Notes: generated by a model from the sequence alone, not told the origin. A DNA stretch of 24,000 bases from an archaeon (GCA_018697035.1 JABHSE010000004.1:20211-44210); one strand, 5' to 3'. Positions 8,061-15,509 are shown, counted from the stretch's first letter. Made by a program: numbers and translations.

Positions 8061-9782
8061 CTATTTTTCTCCAACCTCAACCTCAACCTCATCCAAAGTA
8101 GCAATATCAGAAACCCTCCTATCCGGCCTCATTCTCAAAATCCTAGGAAACCTCAAAGCAAACCCACTAGAATTCGCCGGACTCCTCTGCACATCCTGAA
8201 AACGAACTGATACCACAACCTCAGGCCGAACCTCAACATGCCTCCCATCAACTTTCGTCACCAACTTCTCCAGCATATCCGTCATCTCCCCAAACGTCAA
8301 CTCGCTCCCAACTCCCAGCTCCGAACCCCCAACCTCCGCAGAAATCTCCTTCAACCCAGTAGAAACCTTACCAATCCCAAGCAACTCTCCATCATCCCGA
8401 CAAGAAACATCAAAACTCGTCAACCACCCAGCTCTCTTCCCAGTCCCCCACTCAGCACCCGTAATCACCAAATCAAAATCGCTATCCTCTGGCTTCAACT
8501 TCACAGCATGCCCAATCCTCGCACCAGGCTTATACGGAGCATCAAGCCGACGACCCATCAACCCCTCCTGATCATCCTCTAAAGCCGCATTATAAAACGC
8601 CTCAACCTCAGCCTCATCCGAAGTCACAATCTGCTTAGCCAAAACAATCTTCTTTTCCTCAACTCGAACAATCTCCTCGATCAATTTACGCCTCTTCTCA
8701 AAAGCAACATTAATCAAGCTATCCCCATCAAGAAACACAACATCAAAAACAACCAACTCAACTGGCAACTTCGCCCTCATCTCCGAGATCCCATGCTTCC
8801 TTCGAATTCTCTGACTAATCGCCTGAAAATCGGTATACTTCCCCGTCACAGAGTCGAACCCAACTGCCTCACAATCCAAAATAAAACTCTTCTCCGTAAC
8901 ATTAGATTCAACAGCTTCGACAATATCAGGAAACTGCTTAGTCACATTCTCCAAAGCTCTAGTAAAAATCTTAACCTCACCATTCTCATCTTTATTCACC
9001 ATCACCCGAAATCCATCATACTTATACTCAAACGCAGCCGGCCGACCAACAATCCGAAACGCATCCTCAACATTCGCAGCCTTAGGAAACAACATCACCT
9101 TCAACGGCTTCCCCGCAACCATCTTAATCTTCTCTAACTCATCCACACAAGCTTTCTCAAAAACCTCCGCAAAATCCGTCGCCTTATCATACGCCTCCTG
9201 AACAGCCCGCGCACAAACCTTCTTATCCTCCAAGCTCTCCGGTGCAAAACAATAAACCGCAATCGCATCCCGAAGTATACCAACCCCAACCCCAATCTTC
9301 AAGTCAGAAAGCACAGTCCTCACAATATACCTAGCCTCAATCGCCGAAGCCGAATGTAACAAATCAACAATATACCCAATCTTCAAGTCCACTGCCCCCG
9401 AACCTTCCACATCAACCAATTTTCGCAAATTCCCCATCACTTTCTCAACACTAAGCTTTCCCTCAAACAGACCCTGCTGCTTTTTTCCCTTCCCTAAAAC
9501 ACTCTCAGCAACCAAACCTAAATCCCCACTCTTCCGAAAACTCTCAACAACTTCATCCTCCGAAATCCCAGCAGCCCGACCCACAGCCTTAATCACCAAC
9601 TGATGCGAAATCCCAAGTTCTTTAGATTCATAATCCGCAAACAACTGTCCACGAAGCAAATAAACAAACTCAGGACTGTCTCTAATCTCCCCCAAAAAAG
9701 AAGCAAGAATCTCAGTCTTCTCAAGCCCACTCGCCGTCCCCTCAAGCGCAGTATAAACCTCACATATCCTCGAATAATCCAT
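8061..9782 (-). CDS. lig: ATP-dependent DNA ligase, archaeal type
   Basis: Track ORF 8061..9839, internal start MDYSRICEVY. Contains the nucleotidyltransferase motif 'EYKYDGFRVMV', 'FILDCEAVGFD', 'EGLMGRRLDAPYKPGARIGHAVKLKP'. Confidence 0.97.
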   Translation of the reverse strand: MDYSRICEVYTALEGTASGLEKTEILASFLGEIRDSPEFVYLLRGQLFADYESKELGISHQLVIKAVGRAAGISEDEVVESFRKSGDLGLVAESVLGKGKKQQGLFEGKLSVEKVMGNLRKLVDVEGSGAVDLKIGYIVDLLHSASAIEARYIVRTVLSDLKIGVGVGILRDAIAVYCFAPESLEDKKVCARAVQEAYDKATDFAEVFEKACVDELEKIKMVAGKPLKVMLFPKAANVEDAFRIVGRPAAFEYKYDGFRVMVNKDENGEVKIFTRALENVTKQFPDIVEAVESNVTEKSFILDCEAVGFDSVTGKYTDFQAISQRIRRKHGISEMRAKLPVELVVFDVVFLDGDSLINVAFEKRRKLIEEIVRVEEKKIVLAKQIVTSDEAEVEAFYNAALEDDQEGLMGRRLDAPYKPGARIGHAVKLKPEDSDFDLVITGAEWGTGKRAGWLTSFDVSCRDDGELLGIGKVSTGLKEISAEVGGSELGVGSELTFGEMTDMLEKLVTKVDGRHVEVRPEVVVSVRFQDVQRSPANSSGFALRFPRILRMRPDRRVSDIATLDEVEVEVGEK

Positions 9783-9921
9783 AACATAACTAAGCAGTAT
9801 CCAATTAAATAACTTCCGCGCGCACGAAGCGCGCAACACTCAGACTCCCAACTCCTAGCGAAGCGTACACCAAACTCTTAACTACAATTTCCAAAGGAAA
9901 TTGTTAACACCGCTCCCAAAC

Positions 9922-9931
9922 CTTTATAAAA
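9922..9931 (+). promoter_or_regulatory. TATA box of the thioredoxin gene
   Basis: 'cctttataaaaaataa' about 25-30 nt upstream of the start at 9952, with no Shine-Dalgarno; consistent with a leaderless transcript. Confidence 0.6.
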
Positions 9932-9951
9932 AATAATCAATTTAATCAACA

Positions 9952-10275
9952 ATGGAAATCAACGTAACCGACATAAACTTCCAAAAAGAAGTAATAAAAA
10001 AATCAAGTGAAACCCCAGTCCTAGTAGACTTCTGGGCTTCATGGTGCGGACCCTGCATGATGCTAGGCCCAACGCTAGAAAAAATCGCAAAAGAATACGA
10101 TGGAAAACTGATAGTAGCAAAAGCAGCAACTGACGAGAACGCAGATGCAGCATCCAAATTCGGAGTAATGTCAATCCCAGCAGTAAAACTTTTCAAAGAC
10201 GGCAAAGTCATAGACGAATTCGTCGGAGCCCAACCCGAAGCCACAATCAAACAATGGCTAGATCAAAAATTATAA
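9952..10275 (+). CDS. trx: thioredoxin
   Basis: 'VLVDFWASWCGPCMMLGPTLEKIAKEYDGKLIVAKA...FGVMSIPAVKLFKDGKVIDEFVGAQPEATIKQWLDQKL'; WCGPC active site and cis-Pro. Confidence 0.97.
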   Translation: MEINVTDINFQKEVIKKSSETPVLVDFWASWCGPCMMLGPTLEKIAKEYDGKLIVAKAATDENADAASKFGVMSIPAVKLFKDGKVIDEFVGAQPEATIKQWLDQKL

Positions 10276-10314
10276 TTATAAAAAATCCGTGCAATCCGCG
10301 AAATCCGTGAGCAA

Positions 10315-11034
10315 TTATTCCCCTTCCCCAAAACAAACATCTCGCAAAACCTTCTTCCCAACAAACTCATCGTTTTCCTGAAACCGGTCCATCTCAATCC
10401 ACCGAAACCCATCCCCCTTCGCAATCTCATTAGGAGCTAAAGCACTCGGAAACGCCTTCAACCCGGCAACATCCTCCTCACTAATCCAATGATTCTCCCC
10501 CTCCCTAGTCTTCTCAATTAACTCCCCACGAGGATTCGTAGCCAAGATAACAAACATTTGATGATTATAACTAAGCTTCCCATTATTATAAGTCTTATAA
10601 GAACAAAGTCCCTTCAGCTCCAAATCACAAACCAACCCACTCTCCTCCATCAACTCCGCAGCCGCAGCCTCATAAATATACTGATCAAACTTCAACTTCC
10701 CAGCAATCGAACCCCAATAACTATAAAACGGCTCCTTCTTTCTCTCACACATCAAAAACTTTTTCTTCACATCATCATAAACGACAATAACAACACAAAC
10801 CAAAGGAGCCCTAGCTTTCTCCCCACTCTCACCCTCGAGATAGGCACAATACTTTTTCCCCTCACTACTTAAACAATATACTTCTTTTACTTTATCCACC
10901 AACCTATCCTCAACCAAAACCTTCAAATGATAAGCAAACAAATTACTCGCTCCAACATTACCCCACAACTCATTAAAACCCATCTCCCGCTTATGCATCA
11001 ACTTCCGCAAAATCTCCCGCCGTTCTTTCTTCAT
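10315..11034 (-). CDS. N-terminal winged-helix + Nudix hydrolase-like fusion protein
   Basis: N-terminus 'RREILRKLMHKREMGFNELWGNVG.SNLFAYHLKVLVEDRLVDK..EVYCLSSEGKKY' (wHTH) followed by a Nudix-like 'GSIAGKLKFDQYIYEAAAAELMEESGL'. Confidence 0.85.
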   Translation of the reverse strand: MKKERREILRKLMHKREMGFNELWGNVGASNLFAYHLKVLVEDRLVDKVKEVYCLSSEGKKYCAYLEGESGEKARAPLVCVVIVVYDDVKKKFLMCERKKEPFYSYWGSIAGKLKFDQYIYEAAAAELMEESGLVCDLELKGLCSYKTYNNGKLSYNHQMFVILATNPRGELIEKTREGENHWISEEDVAGLKAFPSALAPNEIAKGDGFRWIEMDRFQENDEFVGKKVLRDVCFGEGE

Positions 11035-11107
11035 GTCAAAATAATAAAATCAAACTATATAAAATACTATCTCAAAAACATTTGAGCACTCCAATCTCTC
11101 AAGTAGA

Positions 11108-11179
11108 AAAGTCATAGACGAATTCGTCGGCGCACAACCAGAAGCCACAATCAAACAATGGCTAGATCAGAAGTTATAA
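11108..11179 (+). pseudogene. thioredoxin C-terminal remnant
   Basis: 72 nt encoding KVIDEFVGAQPEATIKQWLDQKL*, identical in protein sequence to the end of trx (9952..10275), with five synonymous differences and no upstream homology. Confidence 0.9.
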
Positions 11180-11476
11180 AAAAATTCTATCAAGATAAAA
11201 GAGATAGTAGACGACTACAAATACTCCAATAAGTCCAATTGTAACAATTGCGATCCAATAGAGAGGAAAAATAAGTATCCTGAGAAAAAGGGGTACATTA
11301 AATTTTTTAAAAAAAGTCTCTATCTCAAGATGTCTCCTAATGTCAAAAACAACCAACCCATAAATTACTGAAATAAATAATGCACTAGTTAGTTCTCTAG
11401 AGAAAGTTAAAGCAAAGTATTCTTGTAATGTTTGTGTAGTTTGATTAACACAGTTGAGACAGATTGTGCCGTTCAT
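11174..11476 (-). CDS. possible small membrane protein, 100 aa
   Basis: ORF with hydrophobic segments (LFISVIYGLVVFD, LRILIFPLYWIAIVTIGLIGVFVVVYYLFYL), but codon usage lacks the T/G third-position bias of neighbouring minus-strand genes. Confidence 0.45.
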   Translation of the reverse strand: MNGTICLNCVNQTTQTLQEYFALTFSRELTSALFISVIYGLVVFDIRRHLEIETFFKKFNVPLFLRILIFPLYWIAIVTIGLIGVFVVVYYLFYLDRIFL

Positions 11477-11537
11477 AAAAAATCAAACAAATATTACTTT
11501 TTAAAAAAACACCATACTCCAAACTATATATTAGAAT

Positions 11538-12107
11538 CTAATTCCCTCTTCGCCTATTCGCCCTCAAACTAGGAAACGCCTTAGGAACACTCTCTCGCCT
11601 ATTCCTCTGCTGTCCCCGAGCCTTCTTCCCACTCGAAGTCAAACCACGCAAAGCCCTCTTCTTAGGAGCCTTAACAAACGGACCTAATTGCTTATCAACC
11701 AAAATACCAGCCTCACTTCTATCAACCAAAATAACCTCGTAAAAATAATTCATCCCATCCTTACCAATCCAATAACTCCCCAAGACTTCCATATTAACAT
11801 ACTTCTTCTGGACACGACCCTCCGCAATCTCCTTATAATTCATCCTCAAATTCTTCCTAATATGCAACCTCTTAGTCCTCCTCGCCTTATTCGGCCTACT
11901 CCTATGATGCCCACCACGCTTAATCTTAACACGAACAACAACAATCCCTTTCTTCGCCTTATACCCCAAACTACGAGCCCTGTCCAATCTCAAAGGCTTC
12001 TCAACCTTAGTAATAGCCCCATCCTTTCTCCAATCAATCATACGCGCACGCAAAGTCAAAACATCCGGCTTTCTCCACGCCTCACGCAAATACTTCATTA
12101 AACCCAT
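11538..12107 (-). CDS. rpl15e: large ribosomal subunit protein eL15
   Basis: 'MKYLREAWRKP...WRKDGAITKVEKPLRLDRARSLGYKAKKGIVVVRVKIKRGGHHRSRPNKARRTKR...LGSYWIGKDGMNYFYEVILVD...RGLTSSGKKARG'. Confidence 0.97.
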   Translation of the reverse strand: MGLMKYLREAWRKPDVLTLRARMIDWRKDGAITKVEKPLRLDRARSLGYKAKKGIVVVRVKIKRGGHHRSRPNKARRTKRLHIRKNLRMNYKEIAEGRVQKKYVNMEVLGSYWIGKDGMNYFYEVILVDRSEAGILVDKQLGPFVKAPKKRALRGLTSSGKKARGQQRNRRESVPKAFPSLRANRRRGN

Positions 12108-12196
12108 AACAACTAATCAAAGATTTCCTTTTTAAAGTTTTAGTCTAGCAAAAATTCTAACTCCCAAACTTTAGCTCACAAGAGATACCTAAAGGG

Positions 12197-12207
12197 TTAT
12201 AAATAAA
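12197..12207 (+). promoter_or_regulatory. TATA box for tRNA-Ile
   Basis: 'gggttataaataaaaaa' about 25-30 nt upstream of the tRNA 5' end. Confidence 0.6.
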
Positions 12208-12226
12208 AAATCCTCTCCATTTCTAT

Positions 12227-12300
12227 GAGGCTGTGGCGCAGTCAGGTAGCGCACTGCTCTGATAAGGCAGGGGTCCGCGGTTCAAATCCGCGCAGCCTCA
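12227..12300 (+). tRNA. tRNA-Ile (anticodon GAT)
   Basis: Full cloverleaf: acceptor GAGGCTG/CAGCCTC, D-arm GCGC/GCGC, anticodon stem CTGCT/GGCAG with loop CTGATAA, T-arm CGCGG-TTCAAAT-CCGCG, discriminator A. Confidence 0.97.
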
Positions 12301-12303
12301 TAT
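12284..12303 (+). repeat. att-like direct repeat, tRNA-Ile copy
   Basis: AAATCCGCGCAGCCTCATAT, perfect 20-nt direct repeat with 12395..12414. Confidence 0.85.
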
Positions 12304-12328
12304 GGATCTGAAACAAGGACGTGTCCGT

Positions 12329-12395
12329 GGCGAACAATTTGCTCGAATTTTTATTGCAAAGCAATTATAAAAATTTTAGAGTGAATTGTGAGTAA
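12329..12395 (+). mobile_element. copy A of the shared hairpin element (67-nt core) downstream of tRNA-Ile; mobility inferred
   Basis: ggcgaacaatttgctcgaatttttattgcaaagcaattataaaaattttagagtgaattgtgagtaa; aligns to 23204..23269 with 60/67 identical columns. Confidence 0.65.
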
Positions 12396-12414
12396 AATCC
12401 GCGCAGCCTCATAT
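12395..12414 (+). repeat. att-like direct repeat, distal copy of the tRNA-Ile 3' end
   Basis: AAATCCGCGCAGCCTCATAT duplicated 111 nt downstream, directly abutting the core element. Confidence 0.85.
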
Positions 12415-12424
12415 TAATTAAGAA

Positions 12425-13048
12425 TTAAATCATATTCTTAGCATCTTCCCGAATCATCCCCACAATCTCCGGAAACTCCTCTACATCAAAATGCCCATTT
12501 TTATCATCATAAACAAAAATCTCAACCTCGCCCAACTTATCCCGATACTTCTCAGCGTGCGAAATAGGAACACAATCATCATCGGAAGAAAACATCAAAA
12601 CAACTCGCCCACAATTCTTCTCAATCAAACTCAAATCCTCCCCCAACTCAAATCCACCAACCAAATCTTCCCCGATTAAATCATTATCAAACGGAGGACA
12701 AACTAAATAAACAGAAATAATATTTTTATCGACAACATTCTCAGATAGGTATTTAGTCAAAAAAATTCCACCCAAAGAAGACCCAGCCAAAATAAAATTA
12801 TCATCCATCTCCTCAAGATATCTCTCAAACCAAATCTTCCAATCCTCATATTCAGCACAATCCTGCAAGGGCATTCTCGGCTTAACAATCTGAAAATCCT
12901 CTCCAAGACCATTCTTCAAATAATCCCCATGCCAACTATTTTTAAAATCAAGCTTAATACTCCGAGTCTTTAACCAATCTAGATAATCATCCCGACTCTT
13001 GAAAGTCATACCACCCCCAATACAAAGTACCTGAATTTTCTTCTTCAT
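12425..13048 (-). CDS. alpha/beta-hydrolase (RBBP9/YdeN-like serine hydrolase)
   Basis: 'FILAGSSLGGIFLTKYLSE' nucleophile-elbow motif, 'MFSSDDDCVPISHAEKY' and C-terminal 'NGHFDVEEFPEI' His region. Confidence 0.75.
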   Translation of the reverse strand: MKKKIQVLCIGGGMTFKSRDDYLDWLKTRSIKLDFKNSWHGDYLKNGLGEDFQIVKPRMPLQDCAEYEDWKIWFERYLEEMDDNFILAGSSLGGIFLTKYLSENVVDKNIISVYLVCPPFDNDLIGEDLVGGFELGEDLSLIEKNCGRVVLMFSSDDDCVPISHAEKYRDKLGEVEIFVYDDKNGHFDVEEFPEIVGMIREDAKNMI

Positions 13049-13136
13049 GATAAAATTAACCTAAACCAATTTATATAATTTCCGGGCTCACCAGAGTCAT
13101 GCCATACGTGGCCAAAACAAAACTTAGCCAAGCCTC

Positions 13137-13242
13137 GCGCATGAGCGCTACCTCCATCATTCAAAGAACGATAACCACCATTTTTCAAAGAAAAATAACC
13201 ACCGTTTCGCAAAGCGAAACAACCCCCAGTCGCTTCGCGACT
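13137..13242. repeat. tandem ~24-nt hairpin array (four clear units and a weaker fifth)
   Basis: Hairpins at 13137..13148, 13156..13172, 13180..13196, 13204..13220 and 13228..13242, mostly separated by AACCACC/AACCCCC. Confidence 0.8.
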
Positions 13243-13879
13243 ATCCTCGCAACTCAACCGAAACCTTCTCCCTATCAATCCGCATCCCCAAAATCTCAAC
13301 CTTCATCGGAATCACCTTAACATAACACTTATCCTGAGCATACGCCCGAATCTCTATCCCAGTCTCAAGCTCAGTCAAAACAACATCCTCCTTGTTCACA
13401 ATCCCAGGCGCTTCAATCTCATAAACAATAACATCCCCAAGTCTCTTAACCCTAGATTTAGCATCAACCTTCTTAAGCTCAGCCCGTCTCTTCCCCTCTT
13501 CTTCCGAAACTACAACAACACTTCTTTTGACAGCCGGCTTTTTCTGAACAACCTGCGGACCACCCCGGCCCCTAGCAATCTGAATCTTCAAGCCCTTAGG
13601 CATCCCCGTCTTCTCATCAACCTCCATATTCCCAAGCTGCTTCTCTAACTGATTAATCAAACCCCCCATAAGCTTCTCAACACCGAATGGCAACTTCAAA
13701 TCAGGGTCACCAGAGCCATGCCTGTCTGAGGCGGACTGAATACGCCCTCCATCATTAGCACCAAGCATCCCAAGATCCTTACTATCTCCAACCTTAAGAG
13801 ACCCACCACACCAGGGACAATAATTAAATTTCCTATCAACTTTCTCCGCGCAGCCTCGACACTTCTTCTTAAACATCAA
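13241..13879 (-). CDS. zinc-ribbon + Hsp20/alpha-crystallin-like protein
   Basis: N-terminal 'CRGCAEKVDRKFNYCPWCG' followed by a C-terminal Hsp20-like 'SRVKRLGDVIVYEIEAPGIVNKEDVVLTELETGIEIRAYAQDKCYVKVIPM'. Confidence 0.75.
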   Translation of the reverse strand: MMFKKKCRGCAEKVDRKFNYCPWCGGSLKVGDSKDLGMLGANDGGRIQSASDRHGSGDPDLKLPFGVEKLMGGLINQLEKQLGNMEVDEKTGMPKGLKIQIARGRGGPQVVQKKPAVKRSVVVVSEEEGKRRAELKKVDAKSRVKRLGDVIVYEIEAPGIVNKEDVVLTELETGIEIRAYAQDKCYVKVIPMKVEILGMRIDREKVSVELRG

Positions 13880-13951
13880 CTAGAAAAAAATATCAACTAC
13901 TTAAATCTTTGTAAACACACTTCACATTTAAACAACTCACTTCGACGAAAA

Positions 13952-15430
13952 CTACTCAGTCAGAACATCTTTCTTCTTTTCTTCTTCAAGTTCTTCCCTA
14001 TCCTCAGGAACCACATAATGCTCTACCTTCTCAACCAAATGTTCCAAGTTATGAACTTCTTTCAAGACACCCTGAGCCGGAGCAAACTCTCGAATCCAAA
14101 ACTGCGAAGAAAACTTCCTAACATTTCGAACCTCATGCAAAAGCCTCGATCCATAAATAGCAACCCCAATTCTACCAATACCTGAAACCGTAAAGATAAA
14201 CAACATAGAATTCATAAACGAAACATCCATCCAAGCGATTCCAGCTCCAACACAAGCACCAAGGAAACCACCAACACCAATCATAAGATTCATATAAGAC
14301 AAACCAAAACCTCGCTTCCGATTACTAACCGCATCATAAACATAATTATTCAAAGCCAAATTATAACCAGCCCAACCAAAACCACCAACAATCGACGGCA
14401 CAATCAATAAATAGATCTTCACCCACAAATCACTCCCAATCAAAACCGACGCAATCCAAAGAAAAGGAGTCATCCCCGCAAGCACCGAACAAGTTTGCAT
14501 CAACCTAACATTCCCAAACCTATCACTAAACTTACCAAGCAACGGCAAAAACACCAACTGAAAAACAACAGCCGAAACCGTAATAGCCATATACCAAATA
14601 TAAGACAAGCCCAAATCACGCAACATATAAACCGCCCAAAACGGAGTCGAAATTCCAACCACAAAAGTAAACGCCCCAGCAAACAAGCTAAACCGCCCAA
14701 ACGGAGTATCCCTACTAGTCCTCAAAAATTCAACAAAAGAAAAATGATCCTTCTTCCTAATTTTAATCTTCGGCTCATAAGTCTTACTAAGCAACCTCCA
14801 AGACCAAATCCTAAATACACCATTCAAAGCAAAAAGTAATCCAAAACCAAGCAATGTAAACCCGACGACATCACCATAAGAACCACCCAACTTCTTCAAG
14901 CCATCCAAGATCAGAGCACCTGCGATCATAGTCATAATACCAAAAAACCCAATAATACGATTCCGCTTAGAAAAATATCTTCCCCTCTCATTCTCTGGAA
15001 CTAATGACCCCATCCATGAAAACCAAGGAGGATGAGCAATGCCAAGAAAAACATAATGAAAACCAACAAGCACAATGAAGGCCCAAACCATATGAGCAAC
15101 ACCCATCCAATGCAAAAACCCAATCAATAAAAAAGGTAATACAACCAAAATCTTCCCCATCACTCCAGCCAAAACAATCCGCTTCCTCGAAAACCTCTCA
15201 ATCAAATCAGCCGCCTTCAATTGAACAAGACTCGGAAGCAAACTAATAATAGCATATAAAATTCCCATCTGAACAGCAGTCGCATTTAAAGCCAGAGCCG
15301 CAGGAGCAAAATACGACAAACTAAAATTAGAAGCAATAGAAGACACCGCACCCTCCCGAATACTAAGTTTCAAACTCCGCTTAATCTTCTTCTGCACAAT
15401 AGGATGATCGACCCTAACCTGTCCTCTTTT
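13952..15430 (-). CDS. major facilitator superfamily (MFS) transporter
   Basis: About 490-aa polytopic membrane protein (track ORF 13952..15454, likely start MKRGQVRVDHP) with MFS-like loops 'LIERFSRKRIVLAG' and 'LGKFSDRFGNVRLMQ'. Confidence 0.85.
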   Translation of the reverse strand, partial: KRGQVRVDHPIVQKKIKRSLKLSIREGAVSSIASNFSLSYFAPAALALNATAVQMGILYAIISLLPSLVQLKAADLIERFSRKRIVLAGVMGKILVVLPFLLIGFLHWMGVAHMVWAFIVLVGFHYVFLGIAHPPWFSWMGSLVPENERGRYFSKRNRIIGFFGIMTMIAGALILDGLKKLGGSYGDVVGFTLLGFGLLFALNGVFRIWSWRLLSKTYEPKIKIRKKDHFSFVEFLRTSRDTPFGRFSLFAGAFTFVVGISTPFWAVYMLRDLGLSYIWYMAITVSAVVFQLVFLPLLGKFSDRFGNVRLMQTCSVLAGMTPFLWIASVLIGSDLWVKIYLLIVPSIVGGFGWAGYNLALNNYVYDAVSNRKRGFGLSYMNLMIGVGGFLGACVGAGIAWMDVSFMNSMLFIFTVSGIGRIGVAIYGSRLLHEVRNVRKFSSQFWIREFAPAQGVLKEVHNLEHLVEKVEHYVVPEDREELEEEKKKDVLTE

Positions 15431-15509
15431 CATAATACATACTCGACAAAACAATATAAAAACTTAATCGTTTGCAAACAAATAAAAACCTCTACCTAAT
15501 TATCAAACC

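Noticed and set aside
12304-12414. Simple tandem duplication of the tRNA-Ile 3' region as the sole explanation
   Set aside because: It does not explain why the intervening core is shared with the tRNA-Lys locus, or why the core abuts the tRNA-end copy at the same position in both. Retained only as the null to test.
13137-13242. CRISPR array interpretation of the 24-nt periodic repeats
   Set aside because: Period is ~24 nt with only a 7-nt invariant spacer and palindromic variable parts. There are no conserved 24-37-nt repeats with unique 30-40-nt spacers and no cas genes in the window.
13045-13320. ORFs 13045..13299 (-) and 13099..13320 (+) with repeated peptides (NGGYFSLKNGGYRSLNDGG; ITTIFQRKITTVSQ)
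   Set aside because: The peptide periodicity comes from the 24-nt noncoding hairpin array. Both overlap the 3' end of the zinc-ribbon/Hsp20 gene and show no recognisable domain.
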